Assembly (NCBI GenBank): GCA_038523235.1
Contig: JBCBJQ010000039.1
Location: 1 to 48,618 of the forward strand
Direction of reading: 5' to 3'
From: Cyanobacteria bacterium J06626_4
Lineage (GTDB): Bacteria > Cyanobacteriota > Cyanobacteriia > Phormidesmidales > Phormidesmidaceae
DNA: 48,618 nt
A program made the translations under genes and the position numbers. Below are positions 11,201 to 20,286 of the stretch, piece after piece. Each line of letters begins with the position of its first letter. The stretch's first letter is position 1. The notes under the pieces were generated by a model. That model was not told where the DNA came from. It ran no database searches and was given only the letters and a program-made list of their open reading frames with translations.

Positions 11201-13676
11201 GCAGCGTCGGGTCAAAGTTTGCTTCGGGTTCGACGCCGACGGGATATTGCGACACCTCCCATTGATCGCGATCGCTCGTCGGGTTACCACCATTGAGCAC
11301 GTATTCATCGCGGCTGGGGTTGGGATGACCGTAGTAATTGCCTTCCCGTACCAGGGCTAACACCTCATCGGGTTGGGCATTGATCGCGGTCGCCGGGCCG
11401 TTGGGGTCGGCGGGCGTTCTGATCGAGCCGCCGAGGGAGTTTTGATTAATGCCCGCGTACAGGTTGCCATTGGAATGCCAGGCCAAATCATAGGAATTGC
11501 GGAACCCAGTGGCAAAGACCTGCACCGGCGCATCACTGGCCGTGGGATCGTAGTTCTCGGTGTTGGGATCGTTGTCACTCTCTAACCCCACGGTCTGCAC
11601 ATCAACCGGCTGCCCCGTCTGGTTGGTGGGGAAATCGGGACTATTGACATCGGCCACGATAATGGCGCTGCTGAGCAGCGACTCATCCGCCTCCCAGTTG
11701 GGGGTGCCGCCTAGCGTGGCGACGCCACCGACCGCCTGATAAAGCTTGCCATCCGGGCCAAAGTTGAGGCCATTGGCCTGGTGCTGCAGAAATTGGGTGT
11801 TGGGCAAGCCCACAATGTAGTCTTGCTTGGTCGCCGAGCCGCCGCCAGCGGGAATCGTCAGCTGTGCCACCTTACTGCTGAACAGATCGCGCTCCCCGGT
11901 GTTGGGGTCGGTAACTCGCTCGGCGTAAGTAATCCACAGCTTGAGATCGGTGGCGGTGGCATCGGGGTCAAAGGCAATACCGACGATCTGCGCCCCCTCT
12001 TGGGCAAACACGGTATCAGTACCGGTGGCTTGCCCAGTCGCGGGGTCGATGTTGTAGCGGATGATGTTGCCGGTAATGTCAGAGGCGTAAACCTGCTCAT
12101 CCGGGCCGATCGCGATCGAAGAAACGCCAAAGCGGGATTCCCCAGCGACCACCTGCTGGCTATCAAAGCGGAGACCTTCACCCTCACTGGCGGTGGTGTC
12201 TCCGGTCGTAAAGGTGGCACTAAAGGGCGTGGCCGCCTCGCCGTCGTCAGTCTGCAGATCATCCGTAATCACGACGGTGTATTCGGTGAACGGATCAAGC
12301 GGCGACAACGGCGTAAGCGAGATGACGCCCCCAGTCAAATCAGAGCCCACCGTGGCATTGACCGGTTGATTGTTGTCATCCAGCAGTTGAAAAGTGCTGC
12401 GATTCAGCGTGCTGGCATCCACCCCTTCATTGGCAAACTGAATGCGGATCGGCGCGCGCGGATCAATGTCGTCGGCTCCGTTCGCTGGAATGACCGTAGC
12501 TACCTCTAAAGCCAGCGATCGCTCAACCGATGCCGCCGTGGAAAGGGGCTCGACGATTGATGTCGCCTCTTCCGAGCTAGCCATAGTCGGAGTCAAGGGC
12601 TCAGGACTCATCTGCGCCGCTGCCTCCAGCGCCCCCTCTAGATTGAGTTGGCCGTAACCCGTTTCCGCATCCCAGCCGGGCTGCTGTAGATCGGTCGCGG
12701 TCTGCGTCACACTCTCAATCACCTGGCGGTAGTTCAGCTCAGGCGACTGCTGCCACACCGTCTGCAGCGCTTGCGTCACTTCTGCTGCTGCCAGCGAGGT
12801 GCCTGGGGTGTCGCCCTCGGCGATGTCTGCCACCAAAGTCAGATCATCACCATAGTTGGAATAGTCGGCCCGGCCGTCAGCAGTTGCCGCCCCGACCGTC
12901 ACGATGTTGTCAAACTGGCCCGCCGCTTGGGCTAGAGCCGACAGCGGCGCGTTGTCATTGCCTGCCGCCACCACTACAATCACGCCATTTTGCTGGGCAT
13001 AACTGAGGGCGGCCAGTTCGTCTGCCGTCAGCTCAGTGCGCGGGGTCAAGGTGCCGTCAGCTTGCTGCTCCGCCAGATCGAAACTGAGGTTAGCGATCGC
13101 GGCGGGTTTCTCCAAATCGGCAGCGGTGTCCACAAACTCTACTAACGAGTCTGACCACTCGCCAGAACCGACCGCTCGACCCAACCAAATAGAGGCGACT
13201 TCTGGCGTTTCTGCAGGGGTTGATTCACCGGCGATCGCCTGCAGAACTTGCGTCCCGTGGGACGGAATTTCGGGATTTTCGGCTAACGGATTCTGATCGT
13301 TATCAACCCAGTCGTAACCCAAATAGAACGAGGTATCCGCTAATCCCGCATTGGTTAAATCAAACTCGGTATCGATGATGCCGACCAGCGGTAGCTCAGC
13401 GCTGTTTCCCAATAAAGATTGGAATTCTGCATTGCTGTCGTTGGTTGCAAACTCGACTGACAAAACCGCCTCAAACCCTCTGTAATCGAAGGTGAGAGCG
13501 AAGTCCTCAGGGCTTTCTACCGGCAGTACCACGTCCATCGGAGGCGGTAATTGTTCAAGACCGTTAGAACCGGTCTGAAACGTGCCTTCCAGTTGATAAC
13601 TGTTGCTATCAGCATCACTGACGGGCTGATTTGAGAGCAATTCACGGGGAATAAATGAGCCTGATGGGATGTTCAT
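5205..13676 (-). CDS. Giant multidomain protein: S8 subtilase, Ig-like (Big_5-like), sugar-dehydrogenase-like beta-propeller, 4x(Calx-beta + CBM-like), GH74 xyloglucanase-like C-terminus
   Basis: S8 triad motifs VGIIDT/SHGTQV/GTSLAA; HQANGLNFGPDG and ATGFRNSYD propeller motifs; repeated GTVQF..FAVDEDG...TLTIVDDD and IEAEDF modules; MGGGGFV...YIRTDMGGFYRW with many SxDxGxTW Asp boxes. ATG at 13676 preferred over TTG at 13718. Confidence 0.88.
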   Translation of the reverse strand: MNIPSGSFIPRELLSNQPVSDADSNSYQLEGTFQTGSNGLEQLPPPMDVVLPVESPEDFALTFDYRGFEAVLSVEFATNDSNAEFQSLLGNSAELPLVGIIDTEFDLTNAGLADTSFYLGYDWVDNDQNPLAENPEIPSHGTQVLQAIAGESTPAETPEVASIWLGRAVGSGEWSDSLVEFVDTAADLEKPAAIANLSFDLAEQQADGTLTPRTELTADELAALSYAQQNGVIVVVAAGNDNAPLSALAQAAGQFDNIVTVGAATADGRADYSNYGDDLTLVADIAEGDTPGTSLAAAEVTQALQTVWQQSPELNYRQVIESVTQTATDLQQPGWDAETGYGQLNLEGALEAAAQMSPEPLTPTMASSEEATSIVEPLSTAASVERSLALEVATVIPANGADDIDPRAPIRIQFANEGVDASTLNRSTFQLLDDNNQPVNATVGSDLTGGVISLTPLSPLDPFTEYTVVITDDLQTDDGEAATPFSATFTTGDTTASEGEGLRFDSQQVVAGESRFGVSSIAIGPDEQVYASDITGNIIRYNIDPATGQATGTDTVFAQEGAQIVGIAFDPDATATDLKLWITYAERVTDPNTGERDLFSSKVAQLTIPAGGGSATKQDYIVGLPNTQFLQHQANGLNFGPDGKLYQAVGGVATLGGTPNWEADESLLSSAIIVADVNSPDFPTNQTGQPVDVQTVGLESDNDPNTENYDPTASDAPVQVFATGFRNSYDLAWHSNGNLYAGINQNSLGGSIRTPADPNGPATAINAQPDEVLALVREGNYYGHPNPSRDEYVLNGGNPTSDRDQWEVSQYPVGVEPEANFDPTLLYNTGAIGGNSPNGLAEYTAEGPLNGRLLASFFTSSRTIQSFEFGSDGLVSATDALQDANGNPLRFKSPLDVAVHPNGRIYVADFGNQQGDPSDGSVWVLNPLEAPVTPPTSESGTVQFTGSSFAVDEDGTPVNAVTVERLGGTAGEVSVTVTPTADSADTPADFDASPITVTFADGDDTPQTVAIPVVDDAIAEAEETIALGLSGDSASGQTTATLSIVDNEGEPVDPPGGSGGDPFEIEAEAFESLVNYQVEDQPGVASGGQVLQNLSNNGTVASAQLAFPGPVGTYDVEVVVFDENDGASQMRVLLNGEPLSDDAVWTMDESLSGSSVTDGNRVTRVIGRDISLTSTDVITLEGTRDEGELARFDLIRFTPKGTVTPPDSESGTVQFSDSSFAVDEDGTPVNAVTLERVGGTAGEVSVTVTPTADSADTPADFDASPITVTFADGDDTPQTVTIPVVDDGDAEADEIVQLSLTGDNAAGQTTATLTIVDDDGDSVDPPGGSTGDPFEIEAEDFDSFDNYRVQNVRKGASGGQVIQNTGGEGAIGTAQLTFSGPAGLYDLEVVTFDENDGESQMRVLINGEPISNDAVWVMNEQLGSNAVSDGNRTTRLVGRDVNLTASDVITLEGTKSDGEFARFDLVRFIPMGTVTPPDPESGTVQFTDSSFAVNEDGTPVNLVTLERVGGTDGAISVTVTPTADSADTPADFDASPITVTFADGDDTPQTVAIPVVDDAIAEADETLALGLSGEAASGQITATLTIVDNDGEPVDPPGGTPFEIEAEDFDSFDNYRVESVRNGASGNQVIRNTGSDGTVGTAQLTFSGPAGLYDLEVVTFDENDGESQMRVLINGEPISNDAVWVMNEQLGSNAVSDGNRTTRLVGRDVSLTASDVITLEGTKSDGELARFDLVRFIPMGTVTPPDPESGTVQFTDSSFAVDEDGTPVNAVTVERVGGTDGEVTVTVTPTADSADTPADFDASPITVTFADGDDTPQTVTIPVVDDGDAEADEIVQLTLTGDSASGQTTATLTIVDDDSDIVDPPDGSTGDPFEIEAEAFESLVNYQVEDQPGVASGGQILQNLSNNGTVGSAQLTFPGPVGTYDVEVVVFDENDGESQMRVLLNGQPLSNDAVWTMDESLSGSSVTDGNRVTRVIGRDVSLTATDVITLEGTRDEGELARFDLIRFTPKGTNSPDPGNPPDGEDTTPPTATQLTDQLTSTAGSDEPVGIAIRYDDAGGIDLSSLDVADITVSNGQTTLAVERFVVSPDDQTVTYFVKPPSQGWQVGDSDDYVVELVANEVADEAGNLAAAKTLGSFELTVTPETDPGPGPSTPLGSRSVTMGGGGFVTDVHLHPAEKDLAYIRTDMGGFYRWETGDGGHWVPLTESFPQALEQYYGGEALAFDPSNPDVVYIAAGKKLNSSQPGTILKSTDRGETWTKLDIDLRMGGNDVDRWIGERMAVDPNDSQTVLFGSRKDGLWQTTNGGEDWRKVSSLPNPGNNTGIAGILFDPNQAGLVYANSYGNGVYRSTNGGDSWSKISGSSSRVQRMSIAPDGTLYAATENHPKVTKYDPKANRWSDITPDGAWSGAKFGTISVNPHEPNELIASTGETSSPQIFFSKNGGDSWQQIKPKLNNTVPWWDDFMLRLPWISDIEFDPHVPDRVWMTNWYGTWRTDDVDDFSEPWTNFTKGHEQTVPFDMISPPDGPLLVSAMADVDGFYHDDFDTSPSRRLGSVEGTTRFSDSYSIDYAQSQPNRMARVGGNSGKQKYGLAISNDSGRTWHESDAFPSNVQPVELAFSATDPDTIVVVRKDATALYTNNGGDSWKSVKGLPTDLEGRFNWNKPLTADANGNFYYYSSGKLYRSTNDGASFSVVETNLPYDWPYKLKSPQGEANEVWLSAEDRGLYRSTNGGSDFSRISNVEKATMFSFGVPESANDFPYIYLYGVVTGQGESTYVSKDEGKTWQDIGSPDAVIGNRPVVMEGSWQTPGLVFVGANGRGIYVGNA
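7640..10865 (-). repeat. Four intragenic tandem ~810-bp repeats (Calx-beta + CBM-like module)
   Basis: Unit starts (ESGTVQF) at 10865, 10052, 9239 and 8435, with high nucleotide identity between units. Confidence 0.95.
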
Positions 13677-14984
13677 ATGCCAAATAAATGGGTTTAGGGA
13701 ACAGGGAAAAGCCGACAATCAGAAAATCAAACAGCCTGAAGTCGCCCATGTTGAAAATGGGCTTTTTCAGAAATTTGAAAACTCTAATTGCAAGCACTGA
13801 AACGCTAGAGTCTGCAGTCAGGCCATCGCCAAATTAAAGCGATGAAAAAACCGCCGACCCTCAAAACGTGCCGGGAGATTCTGACTAACGAATCTCCTCA
13901 CGAGGCGTCAGAAAAGATGAGCTGACCTCAGCCCAGAGCTTTGCAATGATTGATTAAGTAGAGAAAATCTGTGAGTTTGTGGGCTTTAGCTGAATTTTGC
14001 TTCGAGAATCCTGTAGCTGCGAACAAAAATTCAATAACGCCTTGATAGAGAAACAACAGCGATAGATGCGAAGAACAAAAGCCAAGATTCCATAAAACCG
14101 TTGACTTCCTCTATGGGCATAAATTGCCTTCCATAGAAAACCGCAAAACCGGCGAGAAGAACCAATCCGATATGAATGCCTTACTCCTTGTACGACTCTG
14201 CAAGGTAAAGTTCAGATGAATTTTCCGCCCAAGTTTATGAAGTTTGTTCGTCTGTGATTCAAGGTTATTGTGATTGCCTACCAGCATCTACTGCATATTG
14301 ACGGAGTTTTGAACGTGGCAAAGATACACCGCAGCGTGGGTGGTTTCCTACGACCAATCAGTGCCAACCCCGGTAAATACGGTGCTGTCTGCCGGCACTT
14401 CGGCCAATGACGCCTAGATTGAGACCTCTCAGCTGAGCACCGTTCGCGCGTTCTCCGTAGAAACATCAGTAAGGCTTTTAGCCTGCCGCTCGGCTTAAGT
14501 TGGCCGGTTATTGAGTCCGCGCCCTAACCAATCAACCCCTTGCTAGTCGGGTCTCGATCGAGGTCACCAGTGAGTCCCTGAGGCATCAGCCTAACCTGAC
14601 TTGCCAGTGGCCAGTGACGCCGGTCGTTGATCAGTGACATTTCAGCCGCCGAGATTTTGGGTACAGATACGGAGAACGATCGCCCTTGTCCGCACTTGAG
14701 CTCAGCGCGATCGCTTAAACCGGGTTTACGGAGATTTCAGCCGCTGCCTCTCCCGACTTTTGGGGAGTGATCTTCATGTTTGCTTCACAACTGCTTTCTT
14801 CCAGGTTATCTCTGGCTAAACAATGCGTTACTCACGACCTTAAAACCTTCGCGATCGCCCAGGCAGCACTCGCAAAGGTACCTAAAAAGCTTTGGGGTGG
14901 AGATACCCCCATGGTTCATCAAACATACCTAACGCTCACCGGCATCTGAAGAGCTGTGAGGTGAGGATAGCTCAGTGGTTGCCG

Positions 14985-15461
14985 TCAGTATGATTTCCTA
15001 TCTGCCTGTTGAGCCCATTCTTCAAAGGCGGCCAATGCTTCCGCACTCATCAGGGGGTGCATCGATAGCTGACGCTGATCTCGAGGTTTCGCCAACTCGT
15101 CGTAAAAATACTGACTGTTAAACCCAAACTGACCGGCAACTTCTTTCGTATTGCCGTAATAGATGCGGTCTAGTCGCGCCCAATAAATCGCCCCCATGCA
15201 CATAGGGCACGGTTCGCAACTGGTATACAGCTCGCAGCCCGCCAAATTCCACTGATTCAAATGCTCACAGGCCTGCCGAATTGCCGTCAGCTCAGCATGG
15301 GCAGTCGGATCGTTGATTGAGGTCACTTCATTCATGCCGCGACCAATGATTTCACCGGCTTTGACCACAACGGCACCATAGGGGCCACCCCGACCAGTCC
15401 GCATGGCCTCAAACGAAAGCGCGATCGCGGCTGCCATAAATTTCTGGTGATCCGCTGTCAT
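14985..15461 (-). CDS. Nucleoside/guanine deaminase (cytidine deaminase superfamily, GuaD-like)
   Basis: GGPYGAVVV, NDPTAHAE and LYTSCEPCPMC Zn-binding motifs. Confidence 0.9.
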   Translation of the reverse strand: MTADHQKFMAAAIALSFEAMRTGRGGPYGAVVVKAGEIIGRGMNEVTSINDPTAHAELTAIRQACEHLNQWNLAGCELYTSCEPCPMCMGAIYWARLDRIYYGNTKEVAGQFGFNSQYFYDELAKPRDQRQLSMHPLMSAEALAAFEEWAQQADRKSY

Positions 15462-15770
15462 CGTCTGCCAAAGGATGTGGGTATAGAGATTGCCGGAGAT
15501 TCAAGAACAATCGGCTTCATAATAGCAGCGATCGCGCTGTTTGCCTGCATTACCCTGAGCATAAACTCTGCGTAGGGTGGGTCAGCTCCCCAGCGATCGC
15601 TCCCAACTCCTCACCGAGACCATCCGAACCACCGCCACCCAATCGATGGGTAGCCAGACCAGATCAATTGCCTCGCAGTGGGAAGCAACCAACAGAGGCC
15701 ATCACGAGGGGTAGACGGTCAGCAGCAACCGGGCATACTTCATGTACCTTGCACCGCCATCACCATCGAG

Positions 15771-16541
15771 ATGATCGCCATCAATCACAGCCATCGTAAC
15801 CAGCGGATCGCGAAGGGCTGGCTCACCGTTCTCGTCAGCCTGGTGACCTTCTCATGCATGGATACGTCTAATCCTGCGATCGAATCGGCGGTCTCAGAGG
15901 AAAGCCCGTTAGCAGAAGCCGCCGCCGATTGTGAAACCGCTTTGAGCGTTAAGCTCTCAGATGGTGTTTCGCCGGAGAAAGCAAAGCGGGCTGCCGAGGC
16001 CATAGAAGCGGCCCGCAATACGCCTTGTGAAAAGGCATTTTGGGGCTTTAACGCCCTTTTACAAGCGGCTATGCCAGAGGGCATGCGCTCAGGCGGCGTG
16101 CCTTATACAGAGGCGCGAGCAGCTCTCATCGCCCAAGGCTGGGTACCTAGCCCCTCTGAGGCTGCCGCACGCCGACTCGACTGGGAAGATCCGAGAGTTC
16201 AGCAAATGCAGGCGCAAGGATTTGATGAAATTCAATCTTGTTCCCAAGAGGACAACTCTTGCCTATTCACCTTTGTCTACACTGATCGGGTGCTTACCGC
16301 TGGCGGCGTCATGTCTGCTTATGTCGAGTTCCCAGAGGATGGAGCCCCCCGATTGTGGGATCTACTGTCAACTAATAGTGTCACTACGACCTATGGCAAT
16401 CAGCAGCTCAGCGCGACGATATTGAGTGAGTCAATTCAGCAAGCGCAGGATGGTTCCCGCTGTGGCGTTACTTGTGCTTATCGCAACGAGTCCTTTAAAG
16501 ACGCCCAGCTAATTTCAATCCCGTACGATTTTGGCTGCTAA
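15771..16541 (+). CDS. Hypothetical lipoprotein, probably the N-terminal part of a frameshifted gene
   Basis: ATG at 15771 gives a basic N-region, hydrophobic stretch and VTFSC lipobox-like site. Overlaps the next ORF in another frame. Confidence 0.6.
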   Translation: MIAINHSHRNQRIAKGWLTVLVSLVTFSCMDTSNPAIESAVSEESPLAEAAADCETALSVKLSDGVSPEKAKRAAEAIEAARNTPCEKAFWGFNALLQAAMPEGMRSGGVPYTEARAALIAQGWVPSPSEAAARRLDWEDPRVQQMQAQGFDEIQSCSQEDNSCLFTFVYTDRVLTAGGVMSAYVEFPEDGAPRLWDLLSTNSVTTTYGNQQLSATILSESIQQAQDGSRCGVTCAYRNESFKDAQLISIPYDFGC

Positions 16542-16824
16542 CGTCTCTCTATACCTCAGTGAGCCGATCAATAAAGAGACGGCATTATCATACGCCCAAA
16601 TCTTAGACGCCCAAGCCAAGATTGACTTTGATAGCGTCGAACGCGAACAGAATCGTGAGATGTATGCGAACTGCGTCATTGAATTTAACAGTGGCAGAGA
16701 TACTCAGTTCTCGGTGCTTTATACCGCGACCCTGGTGCTAACCCCTGACGACACGGTGTATCAAATATCGTTTGATCGGTCTGAGCCGCAAAACTACTCA
16801 GACACTCTGAAGGGATGCCGATAG
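16531..16824 (+). pseudogene. Probable C-terminal continuation of the upstream hypothetical protein after a frameshift
   Basis: TTG start without an RBS, overlapping the upstream stop. Protein-like sequence continues in the shifted frame. Confidence 0.45.
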
Positions 16825-16889
16825 TGTAGTAGTGCGCTAGATCTGTGGATGCTCTTGCTGAAGCTCATGTCTTCGAAATAGGCTGACAA

Positions 16890-16994
16890 CTGTAGCCATA
16901 AGTCCATATTGACCGGTCACTCCAGATGCCTGAAACCACCGTTTGACAGGATTTTTACTCCGACTTCCGACCTCTGCATTCCGACTTCTGCTAT
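16890..16994. repeat. MITE-like/STRR-type cyanobacterial element with heptamer repeats
   Basis: TCCGACT TCCGACC TCTGCAT TCCGACT TCTGCTA at 16959-16993; ends TGTAGC...GCTAT are loosely inverted. Confidence 0.5.
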
Positions 16995-17481
16995 GGAATA
17001 TCACAGGTGCTCGTGACAGTCAGTAGCACGGACCGTGGTTAAGTCTTATCACTCTGCTCTGTCCCCTTTCGCGCTCTCCCGCTTGAGGGCCATCCCAGAC
17101 ATCGATTTCGTCACAATCCCACGAATCATCCCTGAGTTCAGCAATCCAAAACGATCGCTGCCCCAAGCTTTCAGGGTTACTCTGGGCAATCAGGGCGCGG
17201 GTGGACGAAATTTTCCACGCGATGCTGACTCATGCCCGTCAACTCCCCCAGTGCTGGCCCCAAGCCGATACCGAGCTAGTTTGATGGCCATCCTGACCGT
17301 TCCTGAGCGGTCTAGTTGAGAAGCCGCAAACAGGTTGGGTTGGGGCAGGCTAGGAAGCCTACCCAACGGGTTTTCTTTTTCGATCAGGTTGTCTGAAAAT
17401 CGAGATCAACCTTCTCCAAGCTCCAAACACCGCGCTTTTTTTCGTTTACCCATCAGGGCTCTTTTGGAGCCCCGGCCAAGT

Positions 17482-20019
17482 TCAAGATTTGAGGGAATGA
17501 GGGATCTGTTCGATCAAACTGTTTTCTAGAAAAACGGTTGCTTCGCGCGCGGGCATCGGCTTGGAAAAATAAAAACCCTGTCCATAATGGCAACCCGCCT
17601 TAGTCAGCAGCGCCAACTGTTCAGTGCTGGCAATGCCCTCCGCCACCAGATTCATATTGAGTTTTTGCCCCAGACTAATGATGGTCTGCACGATGTCTCT
17701 GTCTTCAGCGCTATTCTCCATGCTGCTCACAAAAGACCGATCGATTTTTAAGGTGTCCGTCGGAAAGCGATGCAGGTAGCTCAGGGATGAATACCCCGTG
17801 CCAAAGTCATCGATCGCGAGTTGAATGCCCAAAGATTTGAGCCGCAACATCAAATTGTGAGCCGCCTCCACATCTCGCATGATCATGCTTTCCGTAATTT
17901 CCAGCTGGAGCCGATGTCCGGGCAACTGAAGCTTTGACAACACAGCTTCAATCTGCGGTACCAAATCAGTTTGATCAAACTGTCGCCGCGATAGATTGAC
18001 ATTCATTTTCAGCGGCAGATGGGGAAACTGCTGATGCCAAGCACGCATTTGGTAACAGGCCGTTTTGAGAATCCACTCGCCCAGTGGAATGATCATGCCA
18101 GTCTCTTCCACCACCGGAATAAAATCGTTGGGCGAGATCAGTCCGCGTTTCTCTTGCTTCCAACGAATCAGCGCTTCAAAGCCCGTGACTTGGTTCGTCG
18201 CCAAATGAATAATCGGTTGATAAAACAGCGAGAATTCCTTGTCTTCCAGCGCCTTGATCAGGTCACTCTCCAGATCTAAGCGGGCCACGGCTTCCTCTCG
18301 CATATCGTTGGAGAACACCTGGTACTGCGCTTCTTTCAGCGCTTTAGCGCGGTACATGGCGGTGTGGGCATCGCGCAACAGCTCTAACGGGGTTTGTCCG
18401 TAGTGAGCCTGAGTAATCGCCAACCCCACACTCGCCGTAATCGACAGACGATGCTTGCCCAACATCAGTGGACTTGACAGCTCAGAGCGCATCTCGTTCA
18501 AAAAGATTTTGACCTCACTCTGGCTGCTGTTGTAGAACAAAATGGCGAACTCGTCGCCGCCCACCCGAGCAATTTGGGCATGTTCTCCCAGCATTTTGCG
18601 CAGGCGCTTCGCGATCGCCATCAGCACGCGATCGCCGGCAAAATGCCCCAAGCTCTTGTTGATGATCTGAAAGCGATCAATATCGAGAAACGCCACAATC
18701 ACTGGATTCTCTTGCTGATTGTTCAGCGCCCGCTGAATGTGCAGCAGAAAAACCTCTCGGCCCGGCAGATCAGTCAGACTATCGTAGGTAGAGCGATAGA
18801 TCGATTTTTGCGCAATCACGAGGCCGCCCGCGACAAAAATCCCCAATAGCGGTTCAAAGATCGGCAGCCAGGCAAGTTCTAGCAAACAGATCCAGCCGAG
18901 ACCAAAAATTGCCAGGGTAAAGGCCACGCTAGCCACCACCAGCATCTCAGGACGACGAATCTTCCAGGTGACGGCGCTGGTCAAACTAGCCCAAAAAATC
19001 AGCCACATCAACTCGCCCCAAGCGGGCAAAAAGCGATACAGCGCGGGGCGACCTTCGGCGATGTCGAGCAGTTGGCTAATCATTTGCGCATGCACGATGA
19101 CGCCTGACATCGTGAATCGGTTCACCCGATTAGCGCTGTAAGGGGTAAAAAACTCATCTTTGAGACTGGGCGCCACCGACCCAATCAGCACAATTTTGCC
19201 GTCAAACAGGGCCGGATCAAAGCGACCGGCCATCACATCCGCAATGGAAATCTGCTCCGCTGGGGCACTGCGCGAGCGAAATCGCAGCAGCGTTTGAAAC
19301 CCCCGAGCATCCACCTTTTCGTAACCTCCAGAGCGGGCACCAAGCCGCAAAATCGGCTGCTCGTTGAGGTAAAGGGCCTCATCATTGTGGGCAAACGCGT
19401 TGTCTTGACCAGGCAAATACGCCAACGCCGTTCTCAAGGCAAACGAATAGTAAGGCTGGTTAGGCGCATTGACAAACAAGAGGCTGCGGCGCACCACCCC
19501 ATCCGGATCGACACTGAGATCGTTAAAGCCAATTCGCTCCCAAGGCACGCCATCTGGCGGGGGCACCCGATCAATATTCGTATCGGTGCCAACGTTCGTA
19601 ATGGCGATGAGATTATCAGCCGCCAACTGTTGATTGAGCGCCTCTCGCCCAGGCGGATGGAAGGTTTTGCGATAAATATCGAGACCCACCACTTTGGGGT
19701 CATGCTGCTGAATGATCTCTAAAACGTCGGCGACTTTTTGATCAGACAGGGGATGCCCATACTCCTGAATGTCGGTCTCAGTGATGCCGACAATGACTAA
19801 CCGCGAGTCTCTACCGGTGTCCGCTTTGAGCCTCACTAAAGAATCAAAAATAAATAACTCAAACCGCTGCAAACCGCCCAGCTTCTTGGCCCCCGTAATG
19901 AAGGTGGTGGCCACCAAGGTGGCGATTAAAATGGAGCGGCCACTGAAAGGAATGGCCTGAGTGATTCGAGTAATTAGTGGTTTAGCTTGATTGTAGAGTC
20001 TGACGGGAGATCGCACCAT
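17482..20019 (-). CDS. CHASE2-GGDEF-EAL membrane sensor (c-di-GMP cyclase/phosphodiesterase)
   Basis: N-terminal TM, CHASE2 motifs (IVGITETDI, VGLDIYR, DPDGVVRR, KIVLIG, GVIVHAQ), three TMs, RVGGDEFA, FEALIRW and AIDDFGTGYSSLSYL. ATG at 20019 or GTG at 20028. Confidence 0.95.
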   Translation of the reverse strand: MVRSPVRLYNQAKPLITRITQAIPFSGRSILIATLVATTFITGAKKLGGLQRFELFIFDSLVRLKADTGRDSRLVIVGITETDIQEYGHPLSDQKVADVLEIIQQHDPKVVGLDIYRKTFHPPGREALNQQLAADNLIAITNVGTDTNIDRVPPPDGVPWERIGFNDLSVDPDGVVRRSLLFVNAPNQPYYSFALRTALAYLPGQDNAFAHNDEALYLNEQPILRLGARSGGYEKVDARGFQTLLRFRSRSAPAEQISIADVMAGRFDPALFDGKIVLIGSVAPSLKDEFFTPYSANRVNRFTMSGVIVHAQMISQLLDIAEGRPALYRFLPAWGELMWLIFWASLTSAVTWKIRRPEMLVVASVAFTLAIFGLGWICLLELAWLPIFEPLLGIFVAGGLVIAQKSIYRSTYDSLTDLPGREVFLLHIQRALNNQQENPVIVAFLDIDRFQIINKSLGHFAGDRVLMAIAKRLRKMLGEHAQIARVGGDEFAILFYNSSQSEVKIFLNEMRSELSSPLMLGKHRLSITASVGLAITQAHYGQTPLELLRDAHTAMYRAKALKEAQYQVFSNDMREEAVARLDLESDLIKALEDKEFSLFYQPIIHLATNQVTGFEALIRWKQEKRGLISPNDFIPVVEETGMIIPLGEWILKTACYQMRAWHQQFPHLPLKMNVNLSRRQFDQTDLVPQIEAVLSKLQLPGHRLQLEITESMIMRDVEAAHNLMLRLKSLGIQLAIDDFGTGYSSLSYLHRFPTDTLKIDRSFVSSMENSAEDRDIVQTIISLGQKLNMNLVAEGIASTEQLALLTKAGCHYGQGFYFSKPMPAREATVFLENSLIEQIPHSLKS

Positions 20020-20075
20020 GTGAGCCACATTGCTTGAGGTTCAGCCTTTAAAGGATGGAACAATAAAGGCTCTTG

Positions 20076-20081
20076 ATTATA
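20076..20081 (-). promoter_or_regulatory. Consensus -10 box for the CHASE2 gene
   Basis: TATAAT on the minus strand, ~55 bp upstream of the start. Confidence 0.45.
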
Positions 20082-20208
20082 GTTACTTACCCACTGAACG
20101 AATTCCGGGTCAATGCGCACCGGGGGCTAATTGTTTGACGTCTATTTTTCAAGGTGATAGCACTAAAAAAACAATTCGTAACCTTTAAAGGGTACCCTCA
20201 AACGCCGA

Positions 20209-20250
20209 ACTGGCGGGCCACCCATCAATCATCAAGGGTGCACCCGCCAG
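20209..20250 (-). terminator. Hairpin downstream of the small peptide gene
   Basis: CTGGCGGG..CACCC...GGGTG..CCCGCCAG inverted repeat. Confidence 0.45.
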
Positions 20251-20286
20251 CCTTTAAGCGTCAAAATATGGAGTTTTAGGATCTTA

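Noticed and set aside
5668..13296. Many + strand ORFs (up to 242 aa) opposite the giant gene
   Set aside because: These are antisense shadows caused by codon bias; they repeat with the intragenic repeats and show no motifs.
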